Shown here: piece after piece, positions 27,718 to 37,067 of the stretch
How the letters are laid out: each line of letters opens with the position of its first letter
Numbering within the stretch: the stretch's first letter is position 1
Assembly (NCBI GenBank): GCA_045639905.1
Contig: JAZUDZ010000040.1
Span: forward strand, 16,080 to 80,079
DNA: 64,000 bases
Origin: Acutalibacteraceae bacterium
GTDB taxonomy: Bacteria; Bacillota; Clostridia; Oscillospirales; Acutalibacteraceae
Direction of reading: 5' to 3'
Made by a program: the position numbers and the translations under genes
Notes under the pieces: model-generated
Databases searched by the model: none
The model's input: the letters and a program-made list of their open reading frames with translations, nothing else
What the model was told of the DNA's origin: nothing

Positions 27718-29160
27718 ATGGTTTTCTCCAGTTTGTTGTTTGTCTATGCTTTTCTGCCTCTTTGTTTAATTTGTTACAATCTGGCAAAAAGCATTCGGGC
27801 GAAGAATACGGTATTGCTGATTTTTTCCCTTGTGTTTTACGCATGGGGTGAACCGAAATACATTTTTCTGCTGATCGGTATGGTGGCCGCGGATTGGCTG
27901 CTGGCAATGAAAATTGAAAAAGCGCAGAAAAAGAAGTTCTGGTTGGTTATTACGTGTGTGGTCAATCTCGGACTGATTGGCATTTTTAAATATGCCAATT
28001 TCCTGGACGAAACCTTCCACAGTTTGTTTAAAACATCCTTGTTGCTGCCGCAAATTGCTTTGCCAATCGGTATTTCCTTCTATACCTTCCAGCTTCTGTC
28101 CTATGTGGTGGATGTTTACAGAGGGCAAGTGCCGGCGCAAAAGAAGTTTTCCACGCTTCTTTTGTATGCGGGACTGTTTCATCAGTGCATAGCCGGTCCG
28201 ATTGTCCGCTATCAGGATATTATGAACGAACTGACATGCCGCAGCGTGGAAATGAAAGATATCAACGCCGGCGTGACACGGTTTACGGTAGGTCTTGCAA
28301 AGAAAGCCGTTTTGGCGAATGTTTGCGGATCACTTGCGGACTCGCTCCTTCTTCTTAAAGGAAATGAAACCGTTACGGTTGCTTCTTTGGAAGCTACTGA
28401 CGGAGCGGCACTCTGGGTCAGCATGTTGGCCTATATGCTTCAGATTTATCTGGATTTTTCTGCGTATTCCGATATGGCCATTGGTATGGGACAGATGGTC
28501 GGACTCCATTACAAGGAGAACTTCCGGTATCCGTATGTGGCCTCGTCCGTTCAGGACTTTTGGCGCAGATGGCATATTTCCTTAAGCAGTTTCTTCAAGG
28601 ATTATGTGTATATTCCGCTGGGCGGAAATCGAAACGGTCTTTTGCGCACCATTCTGAATATGTTTGTGGTGTGGCTGTTGACCGGCCTTTGGCATGGTGC
28701 CAGCTGGAACTTTGTGGCCTGGGGCCTGTATTACTTTATTTTCCTGGTTGCCGAGCGCTTATTCCTCGGAAAACTACTGGAAAAGATCCCGCGTGTGATT
28801 CGTACGATTTACACCTGTATTGTCGTGTACTTCGGTTGGATTTTGTTCCGGTTTAAGGATTTCTCTTTGGTGTGGGCAGCCCTGCGCGGTATGTTCGGCG
28901 CCCCGGGAAACTACTGGACTTCTGCCGAAACCAATGCGGCACTGGCCGTGAAAGTCGTCTTTCTTTTCGTGGCCATGCTCGCCTGTACACCGCTGATCAG
29001 CCGTCTCGGCAGAGCCTGCCGGGAAGAGGCATACTTTAACAAAAAAATGGCGGTTGCGTATTCCGTCAGTCAAATCGTCATCCCGGTCATATTGTTGGTA
29101 TTGTCCACTATGACGCTGGTGGGAGACAGTTACAACCCGTTCCTGTATTTCCAATTCTAA
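27718..29160 (+). CDS. MBOAT-family membrane O-acyltransferase (AlgI/DltB/PatA-like)
   Basis: FWRRWHISLSSFFKDYVYIPLGGNR and LTGLWHGASWNF (catalytic His region), ~11 TM. Confidence 0.85.
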   Translation: MVFSSLLFVYAFLPLCLICYNLAKSIRAKNTVLLIFSLVFYAWGEPKYIFLLIGMVAADWLLAMKIEKAQKKKFWLVITCVVNLGLIGIFKYANFLDETFHSLFKTSLLLPQIALPIGISFYTFQLLSYVVDVYRGQVPAQKKFSTLLLYAGLFHQCIAGPIVRYQDIMNELTCRSVEMKDINAGVTRFTVGLAKKAVLANVCGSLADSLLLLKGNETVTVASLEATDGAALWVSMLAYMLQIYLDFSAYSDMAIGMGQMVGLHYKENFRYPYVASSVQDFWRRWHISLSSFFKDYVYIPLGGNRNGLLRTILNMFVVWLLTGLWHGASWNFVAWGLYYFIFLVAERLFLGKLLEKIPRVIRTIYTCIVVYFGWILFRFKDFSLVWAALRGMFGAPGNYWTSAETNAALAVKVVFLFVAMLACTPLISRLGRACREEAYFNKKMAVAYSVSQIVIPVILLVLSTMTLVGDSYNPFLYFQF

Positions 29161-29192
29161 CTAAGTGAAAATCTGACAAGGAGGTGAATCGG

Positions 29193-30716
29193 ATGGGCCG
29201 AAAATCGGGTAAACTTCATTTTTCCAATGATCTTAATAAAAAGCTGAATGAAAAGAAAACCATGGCGGATATTGTAGCCAGTATCGACGATGAACCGTCG
29301 GATTTTCGAATCGCCTGGCATTATCCGATTCGCGTCATTGTGTTTTTTGTTGTCTTGTTCTTCGGATGCCTTATTTCCCTCATGCTGCCGCTTCGGCCGC
29401 ATTACTCCCATATGGAGCAACGGGAACTTACGAAATTCCCGAAGTTCTCGTTTGCCGCTTTGGTTGACGGTGATTATTTCGACGATATTAACACATGGTT
29501 TGCCGATACGTTCCCGGGTCGGGAAGGATGGGTTGATCTAAACGCAAAATGGAGCGCACTCCATGGATTCGGTTCCGGAAAACTATACGGTCCGGTTGAT
29601 CCCGGAGACGAAATTCCGGATGTCAGTTTTGAAGAGCCGTCTCTTCCGGAAGTGACAACCGCGGCGACGATGCAAACAACCGTTCCGACGACAACCACCT
29701 CGACTGCTCCGTCCACCACGGCTACGACGGTTGCCACGACCAAGCCGACCGCCGCACCGACCAATCCTCCGACGAAAAAAACATCTTCCCGGGATTTGAA
29801 TGATTTCCAGCAAGGGGTGGATGTGGATTGTCAAAACTTAAACGGTATTCTGGTTCGCGGAAATACCGCCTACGAATATTACAGTTTCTCAACATCGGCT
29901 GCCAATTTGTATGTAGGTGCAGTGAACAAGGTTGCGGGCCAGGTGTCCGGCAAGGCAAAGGTTTATGATATTGTAATTCCGACCAGTATCGGTGTCATGC
30001 TGAATGAAAAGGTTCGAAACTCCATCAGCAGTTCCGACCAGGAAAAGGCAATCAACTATATTTACGGAACGATGAGCGGAAGTGTCGGAAAAGTACCGCT
30101 CCTCGGAACGCTTCGTGAGCATAACAACGAATACCTATATTTCCACAGCGACCATCACTGGACGGCGACCGGTGCCTATTACGCTTACAGCAATTTAATG
30201 CAAATGATGGGCAAGGCTCCGGAAGCCCTTGGCGGATTTGAAAGAAAAGAATTTGGCGGATTTAAGGGCTCCTTCTATTCGGAGACCAATGATGCCAATT
30301 TGCAAATTGACACCGTGGTGGCGTATCTGCCTCACGCAGATACCAGTATGTTCTTTGAGGACAGTGACGGAGCCAGAACCGACTGGCACGTGATTCAGGA
30401 TGTGTCGTCCTGGGCAGCACGTTCAAAATACAACACCTTTATCGGCGGTGATAACGCCTTTACGGAAATCACCAACAACGGTTTACATGACGGTTCTGCT
30501 TGTGTGGTTATTAAAGAGTCCTTCGGCAATGCACTTGTACCGTTCCTGGTGGACCACTATCAAAAGGTTTATGTTCTGGATTACCGGTATTACACGAAGA
30601 TGAAACTCAGTACATTCGTGGACGCCTATCATGTGCAAGATGTGATTTTTGCCAATAATATTGGCGCAACCCGCAGCACAAAGCTGATGGAAAAGGTTGC
30701 CGCACTCGTTGGATGA
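29193..30716 (+). CDS. DHHW-family protein (AlgX/AlgJ/PatB-like SGNH O-acyltransferase partner), membrane anchored
   Basis: Literal FHSDHHWTATGAYYAY motif, one N-terminal TM and a Thr/Pro-rich linker. ATG 29193 lies 8 nt after GGAGG. Confidence 0.75.
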   Translation: MGRKSGKLHFSNDLNKKLNEKKTMADIVASIDDEPSDFRIAWHYPIRVIVFFVVLFFGCLISLMLPLRPHYSHMEQRELTKFPKFSFAALVDGDYFDDINTWFADTFPGREGWVDLNAKWSALHGFGSGKLYGPVDPGDEIPDVSFEEPSLPEVTTAATMQTTVPTTTTSTAPSTTATTVATTKPTAAPTNPPTKKTSSRDLNDFQQGVDVDCQNLNGILVRGNTAYEYYSFSTSAANLYVGAVNKVAGQVSGKAKVYDIVIPTSIGVMLNEKVRNSISSSDQEKAINYIYGTMSGSVGKVPLLGTLREHNNEYLYFHSDHHWTATGAYYAYSNLMQMMGKAPEALGGFERKEFGGFKGSFYSETNDANLQIDTVVAYLPHADTSMFFEDSDGARTDWHVIQDVSSWAARSKYNTFIGGDNAFTEITNNGLHDGSACVVIKESFGNALVPFLVDHYQKVYVLDYRYYTKMKLSTFVDAYHVQDVIFANNIGATRSTKLMEKVAALVG

Positions 30717-30784
30717 GAAAAAAAGAAATCGGAGATCATATAGATCTCCGATTTTTCTTTTTTGTAAGACTTGCCAAAACGAAA

Positions 30785-32020
30785 TCAAATGTCCTCGGCC
30801 AATTTGAAGGTGCCGTCAGAAACATCAAATATATAGGTCATGGAACGGTTTTCCATAAACTGAACACGCATTTGTGTCGGGTTTGCCCAGTCAATTCCAA
30901 TGCTGTATGCCGTATGCATGGCGACTTCTTCTTCCATGCGCTGCATATTGTCCTTGGACTTGAATTTCTCGATTTCTTTTTTGATAAAATTCTGAACGGC
31001 GGGGGTGTCTTTGTTGTTCTTGGTAATCCAGGTATCGGCTTTACCGTCGCCGTTTGTATCTATCATTTGTGACTCAAAGTCGCTGGCAACTTCATAAGGG
31101 CTGATGGGAGAATACATATTGGTGTATTGCAGACCCATCATGATTTCAAATCCGTCCATAAAGGGAAGCCCGTCTTGGAAGTTATAACTAAAATGTTCTG
31201 TACGACCCGCGCCGATATCGAAAAGGGATTCGTCGGCGTAAGGCTTTGCAATTAATGTGTTTGTGTGAACTTTGACACCCGCCGTAACATTCAGTTTGTT
31301 ATCAATCAGTTCAAACAAGGCGGTATCTTTGCCGTCATTCACGAGCCAGGCGTAGTAATAAGGCGTGTAGGCTTCGGACATCCAGTTGATGGTACCGGCG
31401 TACTCTTTTGCTTCTTCCACCGTGGCACAGTGGTTGGCAATTTCACGGCCGAAGGTAAGAATGTGCCTGGTTTCCTTGGCACTCGGATTGGAACCTTTGT
31501 CACTTAGCCATTTTGGATCCATTTTTTCGATATCCAAATCGATGGAACGGGTCTGCATTTCCGCATAGAGACCTTTCTCATTGAAAACGTCGGTCGGAAC
31601 GGATGTATACCAGTCCAAAGCCTCCTTTGTGAAGCCGGCGGCCATAACCTCCTCATAGGTTTGAATGTTGTTCAGCAAATAGGCAACGTTCCAGGATTTG
31701 TATGACCCTTTCACATCAAAGTAATAGGCAACGGCCGGTTTTTTGGAGTAGCGGGAGTCCATATTTCGCAGCTGGGCGACGGAACCCTGGTCGGTCGTCC
31801 ATGTGACGGCGGAGCAGGCGCTGACGGCATCCACTTCTCGAATGGATTTTTCAAAATCCTCGTAACTCTTTGTCGTCACGGCCGGAGCTTTCAGCGCATA
31901 GCCGGACGGGTTCGGGAAGGCCGTTAAATCGATGGTTTTGGTGTCTTCATTTTTTGCATGGCATCCGGGGAGCATGCAAAGAAGCACGACGGCCGAAAGA
32001 ATGGTAAGAAAACGTTTCAT
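30785..32020 (-). CDS. Lipoprotein of the choloylglycine hydrolase / penicillin V acylase (Ntn-hydrolase, linear amide C-N hydrolase) family
   Basis: Lipobox LPGC. Internal CSAVTWTTDQGSVAQLRNMD aligns by eye with the [21 protein letters not shown] N-terminus of PVA/BSH enzymes. VHTNTL aligns with the VMTNSP region. Confidence 0.5.
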   Translation of the reverse strand: MKRFLTILSAVVLLCMLPGCHAKNEDTKTIDLTAFPNPSGYALKAPAVTTKSYEDFEKSIREVDAVSACSAVTWTTDQGSVAQLRNMDSRYSKKPAVAYYFDVKGSYKSWNVAYLLNNIQTYEEVMAAGFTKEALDWYTSVPTDVFNEKGLYAEMQTRSIDLDIEKMDPKWLSDKGSNPSAKETRHILTFGREIANHCATVEEAKEYAGTINWMSEAYTPYYYAWLVNDGKDTALFELIDNKLNVTAGVKVHTNTLIAKPYADESLFDIGAGRTEHFSYNFQDGLPFMDGFEIMMGLQYTNMYSPISPYEVASDFESQMIDTNGDGKADTWITKNNKDTPAVQNFIKKEIEKFKSKDNMQRMEEEVAMHTAYSIGIDWANPTQMRVQFMENRSMTYIFDVSDGTFKLAEDI

Positions 32021-32039
32021 TGTATTTTCCTCCTGAATA

Positions 32040-32831
32040 TCAAAAATAGATAATGGCATCGGTGGAAACCGGTTTTGCCACGGAAAGACGATAATCTTCG
32101 CCGCGAACGAACCCGGCGTGGGTCAATGCATCGACAGCCGTTTGTTCCGCCAGTTTCGGACGGTTGTTTTCCGCACTTAAGTGTCCGAGAATAAAATGAG
32201 TCACACCGGCCTTGGCCAAAAACGGCAGGAAGTCCGCGCAGGCTTCATTGGACAGATGTCCGCCGGACCCCAGAATGCGTGTTTTCAGCGGATACGGATA
32301 CGGACCGTTTTTGAGCATTTCTATGTCATGATTGGACTCAATCAAAACCAGGTCGCAGGTTTTCAGAATCTGCTGCACATTGTTTTCCAAAAATCCCATA
32401 TCCGTAGCGACGGCGGCACGGCGGCTGTCCGGGGTTTCCACAACATAGCCGACGCTGCCCGGTGCATCATGGGGTGTTGGGAACCATTCCACTTTGAGAT
32501 TCCCGACCTTTACGGGTCCTTTTTTCGGCAATACATCCATGCCGCTTAAAGGAGAGGCGTTCACATCCTCAATGGCTTTAGCGGTGGTGGCTGTTGCGTA
32601 TACGGGAATTTTGTATCGGTTTCCGAATACACGGATTCCCTGAATGTGGTCGGAATGGGAATGGGTCACGAAGATGGCCTGAATGCCACGGGGGTCGATA
32701 CCGCGTTCAATCAGTGCATTTTCAATTCTTTTGGTGCTGACACCGGCATCAATGAGAATGCCGGTGGTTCCGGCACCGATGTAGGTGCAGTTACCACTAC
32801 TGCTGCTGAACAGAGAACAGAAGCGTCCCAT
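32040..32831 (-). CDS. MBL-fold metallo-hydrolase (YycJ/WalJ-like)
   Basis: FCSLFSSSSGNCTYI N-terminus and HSHSDH zinc motif. ATG 32831 has better RBS spacing than 32837. Confidence 0.8.
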   Translation of the reverse strand: MGRFCSLFSSSSGNCTYIGAGTTGILIDAGVSTKRIENALIERGIDPRGIQAIFVTHSHSDHIQGIRVFGNRYKIPVYATATTAKAIEDVNASPLSGMDVLPKKGPVKVGNLKVEWFPTPHDAPGSVGYVVETPDSRRAAVATDMGFLENNVQQILKTCDLVLIESNHDIEMLKNGPYPYPLKTRILGSGGHLSNEACADFLPFLAKAGVTHFILGHLSAENNRPKLAEQTAVDALTHAGFVRGEDYRLSVAKPVSTDAIIYF

Positions 32832-32901
32832 CCTCATCGTCCTTTCTAAAAGTTACGGGCGAGGGAGAGCCTCGCCCGAAGACTGTATTCGCAAAATGGG
32901 T

Positions 32902-34164
32902 TTAGATTTCAATTCGACAGATATCGGCTCCCACGTCATGGAGCTTTTCCATAAAGTTTTCATAGCCGCGTTCAATCCATTTGATATCTTCGATTTCCGT
33001 TTGTCCTTCGGCGGCAAGTGCGGCAATCATCATAGCGGCACCGGCACGCAGGTCAAGGGCTCGAACGGAAGTGCCGGTCAGACCGGGAACTCCGTTGATG
33101 ACGGCGACCTTTCCGGCGGCCATAATGTTGGCGTTCATACGGTTCAGTTCCGTCGTGTATCGGAACCGGTTGTCCCAAACACTTTCAATGATATAGCTTT
33201 GTCCTTCGGCCAAGGCCAGCAGGACGGCAACCTGCGGCTGCATATCCGTCGGAAATCCCGGATGCGGCTGGGTTACGATATTACAGGGCTTGATAGGACC
33301 GTCCATCACAACACGGATGGTGTCGTCATGTTCGATAACGTTGGCGCCCATCAAACGAAGTTTTTCCGAAATGGGTTCCATATGCTTCGGGATGACGTTG
33401 TGGAGCAAAATATCGCCACGGGTGGCAACGGCACAAGCCATAAAGGTTCCGGCTTCAATTTGGTCGGGGATGACGGAGTATTCCACACCGTGCAAATCTT
33501 TTACGCCGCGAATTTTAATGGTATCGGTACCGGCGCCGCGAATGTCCGCGCCCATGGCGTTTAAAAGGTTGGCCACGTCAACGATATGGGGCTCTTTGGC
33601 AGCCGGGTTAATCGTAGTTGTACCTTCCGCTTTGACGGCCGCCAGCATAATATTGATGGTGGCTCCGACGGAAACCATGTCCAGCTGGATTTCCGCTCCG
33701 GCAAGCCGTTCCGCACGGGCTGCAATCATACCGTCCTCAATGATGGGAGGAATGTCGGCCCCGAGCGCTTGAAAACCGCGAAGATGTTGGTCTATCGGTC
33801 GTACACCGAAGTTGCACCCACCCGGAAGAAAAATGCTGGCATCGTGGAACTGGCCGAGAAGGGATCCCAAAAAGTAGTAGGAAGCACGCATCAGTTTTCC
33901 GTATTCGTGGGGAACCGTATGGGTGTTGATGGTTGTCGGGTTGATTTTCACCGTGTTCTTGTTAATGCGGTCGACGGTGGCCCCGAGACTCTTTAAAATA
34001 TCCAAAGAAAGAAGGGCGTCGGAAATGTTCGGAATGTTGCTGATGGTGCAGGGTTCATCAGCCAAAACCACAGCAGACAAAATGGGCAAACAGGCATTTT
34101 TGGAACCGCCGATTTCGATTTCACCGGTTAAGCGGTTGCCGCCTTGGACACGATATTTGCTCAT
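32902..34164 (-). CDS. murA: UDP-N-acetylglucosamine 1-carboxyvinyltransferase
   Basis: GEIEIGGSKNA, catalytic-loop PGGCNFGVRPID and a two-domain EPSP-like fold signature. ATG 34164 has a GGGAGGAAGG RBS. Confidence 0.95.
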   Translation of the reverse strand: MSKYRVQGGNRLTGEIEIGGSKNACLPILSAVVLADEPCTISNIPNISDALLSLDILKSLGATVDRINKNTVKINPTTINTHTVPHEYGKLMRASYYFLGSLLGQFHDASIFLPGGCNFGVRPIDQHLRGFQALGADIPPIIEDGMIAARAERLAGAEIQLDMVSVGATINIMLAAVKAEGTTTINPAAKEPHIVDVANLLNAMGADIRGAGTDTIKIRGVKDLHGVEYSVIPDQIEAGTFMACAVATRGDILLHNVIPKHMEPISEKLRLMGANVIEHDDTIRVVMDGPIKPCNIVTQPHPGFPTDMQPQVAVLLALAEGQSYIIESVWDNRFRYTTELNRMNANIMAAGKVAVINGVPGLTGTSVRALDLRAGAAMMIAALAAEGQTEIEDIKWIERGYENFMEKLHDVGADICRIEI

Positions 34165-34321
34165 GAATTTCCTTCCTCCCTTCCGTCGGATTTTACTTTT
34201 CCACAATTAAGGTTATTATAACAACAGAGAAGGAAAAAAGCAATAGAACGAGCTCCCGGAATCACACTTTTTTTGTATACTTTACCAGGTGTCCGAACGC
34301 CATTTTTTTCGGTCTCAAGGG

Positions 34322-34350
34322 TTGACATTGAAACAAAATTATTCTATTAT
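34322..34350 (+). promoter_or_regulatory. Sigma-A promoter of tRNA-Leu
   Basis: TTGACA, 17-nt spacer, TATTAT, 15 nt upstream of the mature tRNA 5' end. Confidence 0.55.
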
Positions 34351-34365
34351 GATACCGTTCTGTTC

Positions 34366-34452
34366 GCTGGTGTGGCGGAACTGGCAGACGCCCAGGACTT
34401 AAAATCCTGTGATAGCAATATCGTACCGGTTCGATCCCGGTCACCAGCACCA
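34366..34452 (+). tRNA. tRNA-Leu (anticodon UAA), CCA encoded
   Basis: Acceptor stem GCTGGTG/CACCAGC, anticodon loop CTTAAAA, long variable arm, TΨC GGTTCGATCCC, 3' ACCA. Confidence 0.9.
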
Positions 34453-34492
34453 AAAAGCCGAGCTCTGAAAGAGCCCGGCTTTTTACTTTTTT
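34453..34492. terminator. Bidirectional intrinsic terminator
   Basis: AAAAAGCCGAGCTC-tgaaa-GAGCCCGGCTTTTT followed by a T-run. It serves the tRNA and the convergent LRR gene. Confidence 0.7.
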
Positions 34493-34496
34493 GCGG

Positions 34497-36458
34497 TTAA
34501 ATATAGGTTATTTTTGCATCAGTTAAAGGTTTGTTTTCTTCTCCGACGGCAATATGATTCCACTGCCAGGATTTTCCGGTGTAGAACACGTCTTTGAGGC
34601 TTTCACATCTGTAAAACGCATACGATGCAATAAAGACCGTATCTTTCGTGATTTGAATTGATTGCAAACAATAGCACTCGTAAAATGCATATTGGCCGAT
34701 GCCGTCGATGCTTTCCGGCATGGTGACGCTCACGAGAGTCCGGCAACCCATGCAAAGTCCGGTGGGAATTCTGGTAAGACCTTTCGGCAGCACAATATCC
34801 CTTAGCACGGTGCAATCATAGAACAAACAGTCTCCGAGAGATGTAACGGAGTCTGGAATGTCCATTTTCATTAAGGCACTGCAGCCGGAAAATACATACT
34901 TTCCGAGGGACTGCAGGGTGTCCGGAAGAGCCAACTTCCGCAAAGAGGTACAACAGCTGAACGCATAGTCCGCAATGGTTAAAACCGATTCCGGAATGGA
35001 TAGGTTCTCCAGCTTGCAGCAGTTACAGAAAGCATATGCACCGATGGTCGTTAAAGATTTCGGAAGGTCTAAGGACACCAAAGACGTGCAATGTTCAAAG
35101 CAGGAATCCGAAAGGGTTTGCAGTTTGCCCGGAAGATGAATGTCCTGTAGATTCTCACAGGAATAGAAGGCATAACTTTGAATGCGGGATACGGTGTCGG
35201 GAATTTGAATCTTCTTTAGAAAATCAGCCTGAGCAAAAGCACTTTCGGCAATTTCTTCGGTGCCGACCGGGACTGTATAATCGGAGGCTTTTCGTCCTCC
35301 CGGATAATGAATCAGTGTTTTTCCGTCGGAAGAATACAGGACACCGTTTTTGCTTTGAAAATTCGGATTGCTTTCGACGGTATACGCCGTTAGATTGTCA
35401 CAGCCGACAAAGGCATTTGGATGTAAGACGGAAAGGCCGACCGGAAGGTTGACTGCAGTCAGCTCTTTACAGTCGTAAAAAGCATACTCCCCGATTTCAA
35501 GAAGATTTTCCGAAAAACGAACGGTCTTCAGATGGGAACATCCCTGAAAAGCACCGGTTTCGATGGTTTTGACCGATGAAGAAACGGTCAGAACTTTTAG
35601 ATTCGGCTGATTGGCCACGGCGTATTGACCGATGGTCTGCACGCCGTCCGGAATTTCGAAAGACTCGGAAACGTCGGGACAGAAAATCAGCTTTGTTCCG
35701 TCCTTGGAATACAGCATGTTACGGCTTGACATAAGGAACGGATTTTGCTCTGAGACCGTCATGGTCTCAATTCCGGACGATGTAAAGGAACCGGCACCGA
35801 TGGCCTTTAAGCTGGCGGGAATGGCGAGGGTTTTCAGGGAACTGCATGCATCAAACATGTGGTCGCCCAAAAGGGCCAACCCCTCCGAAAGCGTGACGGA
35901 TTGCAGGCTTTCGCAGTGGCCAAATGCGTAGCCGCCGATGGTGTTTAAACTGCTCGGAACGGTAATTTCCCGCAACGCAGAACATCCGGCAAAAGCGGAG
36001 GAGCCAAGCAGTGTTAAGCCTTCCGAAAGCGTGACGGAGGAAAGCTTTGTGCAGTAATAAAATGCTTTTTCCTGAACTGTCTTGACAGAGGAGGGTAAAC
36101 GTACGGATGTCATTTCCGTATTTCCGTTAAAGGCGCTGACACCGATGGCTTTGACCGTGTCCGGAATGGTCACGGAGGTGATGGTTTCATTTCCATTAAA
36201 AGCGTAATCGCCGATGGCAACCACCGTATATAGGTCATCAAATTTTTGCGGGATGACGGGAGACGAATTTTTCCCCGTATATCCGGTGATTTCGGCAGTC
36301 TGATCGGAGTAGATTGTATAAAGGAAGCCGTCCTGCTCGTTGCCTGCCGAGACAATTTGCCGACCGGGTTCGGTCGGGTTGTCTTTTTGACATCCGCTGA
36401 AACAAATCAGCAGGGAAAAGAGACAAATCCATATCCCGATTTTACGTAGTGAAGTCAT
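34497..36458 (-). CDS. Surface lipoprotein made of BspA-type leucine-rich repeats (LRR_5)
   Basis: Lipobox FSGC after ATG 36458 (AGGAGG RBS). About 20 iterations of the IP.sV..Ig.yAF..C..L..v.l pattern. Confidence 0.8.
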   Translation of the reverse strand: MTSLRKIGIWICLFSLLICFSGCQKDNPTEPGRQIVSAGNEQDGFLYTIYSDQTAEITGYTGKNSSPVIPQKFDDLYTVVAIGDYAFNGNETITSVTIPDTVKAIGVSAFNGNTEMTSVRLPSSVKTVQEKAFYYCTKLSSVTLSEGLTLLGSSAFAGCSALREITVPSSLNTIGGYAFGHCESLQSVTLSEGLALLGDHMFDACSSLKTLAIPASLKAIGAGSFTSSGIETMTVSEQNPFLMSSRNMLYSKDGTKLIFCPDVSESFEIPDGVQTIGQYAVANQPNLKVLTVSSSVKTIETGAFQGCSHLKTVRFSENLLEIGEYAFYDCKELTAVNLPVGLSVLHPNAFVGCDNLTAYTVESNPNFQSKNGVLYSSDGKTLIHYPGGRKASDYTVPVGTEEIAESAFAQADFLKKIQIPDTVSRIQSYAFYSCENLQDIHLPGKLQTLSDSCFEHCTSLVSLDLPKSLTTIGAYAFCNCCKLENLSIPESVLTIADYAFSCCTSLRKLALPDTLQSLGKYVFSGCSALMKMDIPDSVTSLGDCLFYDCTVLRDIVLPKGLTRIPTGLCMGCRTLVSVTMPESIDGIGQYAFYECYCLQSIQITKDTVFIASYAFYRCESLKDVFYTGKSWQWNHIAVGEENKPLTDAKITYI

Positions 36459-36607
36459 GACGGCACCTCCTTTTTTCAGTCTGTTCTCATTATAGACAGT
36501 GCCGTGTCCAAAAGCAATAACCGCAGACTTCAAAAAACGATTTTTTGTGTGTTTTCGGGCACAAAAAAACAGCGGATTTGGACTTTTTGACATTTGCAAA
36601 AAAACAC

Positions 36608-36636
36608 TTGACAATGGTATACATATAGTATATAGT
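36608..36636 (+). promoter_or_regulatory. Sigma-A promoter of ylxM-ffh-rpsP-khpA
   Basis: TTGACA, 17-nt spacer, TATAGT. Confidence 0.5.
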
Positions 36637-36684
36637 ATGTGTAAAGGTTTTTCCTTTACAGACAGGACGAAAGGAGAGAACATC

Positions 36685-37050
36685 ATGGCAAAAAATATGG
36701 AGCTATCCTTCTTATTCGACTTCTACGGCGACATGTTGACTGAAAAACAGCGTGACGTGGTGGAACTCTACTACAATGACGATTTGTCTCTGTCGGAAAT
36801 CGCCGAAAATGCCGGAATTACCCGTCAGGGTGTGCGGGATTCCATTAAACGTGCGGAAGCCCAAATGCTGGAAATGGAAGATCGTTTGGGTCTTGCAAAA
36901 CGGTTTCGTGAAATGCGTGCGGAGATGGGTGCCATCTTGGAGGCAATTCAGGAAATCCGCAGCATAAACAGTACTATGTATCGTTCTCGCGAAATTGAGC
37001 AAAGTGCCGGTGTGATTGAAGAAACGGCCCGCAAATTGCTGGAAGACTGA
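36685..37050 (+). CDS. ylxM: YlxM/UPF0122 putative DNA-binding protein (SRP-operon associated)
   Basis: FDFYGDMLTEKQRDVVELYYNDDLSLSEIAE sigma-70 region-4-like HTH, in the conserved position before ffh. Confidence 0.85.
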   Translation: MAKNMELSFLFDFYGDMLTEKQRDVVELYYNDDLSLSEIAENAGITRQGVRDSIKRAEAQMLEMEDRLGLAKRFREMRAEMGAILEAIQEIRSINSTMYRSREIEQSAGVIEETARKLLED

Positions 37051-37067
37051 TTTCATAGGAGGACAAC

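Noticed and set aside
34207-34500. tRNA-Leu as a possible integration site of a mobile element carrying the LRR lipoprotein.
   Set aside because: I could not see an integrase, a recombinase or a direct repeat of the tRNA 3' end. The adjacent genes are ordinary chromosomal genes.
36499-36684. N-terminal extension of the ylxM ORF (183 aa instead of 121 aa).
   Set aside because: The extension covers the promoter (TTGACA/TATAGT at 36608-36636) and has no RBS. ATG 36685 has AAGGAGAG upstream and matches the conserved YlxM N-terminus.
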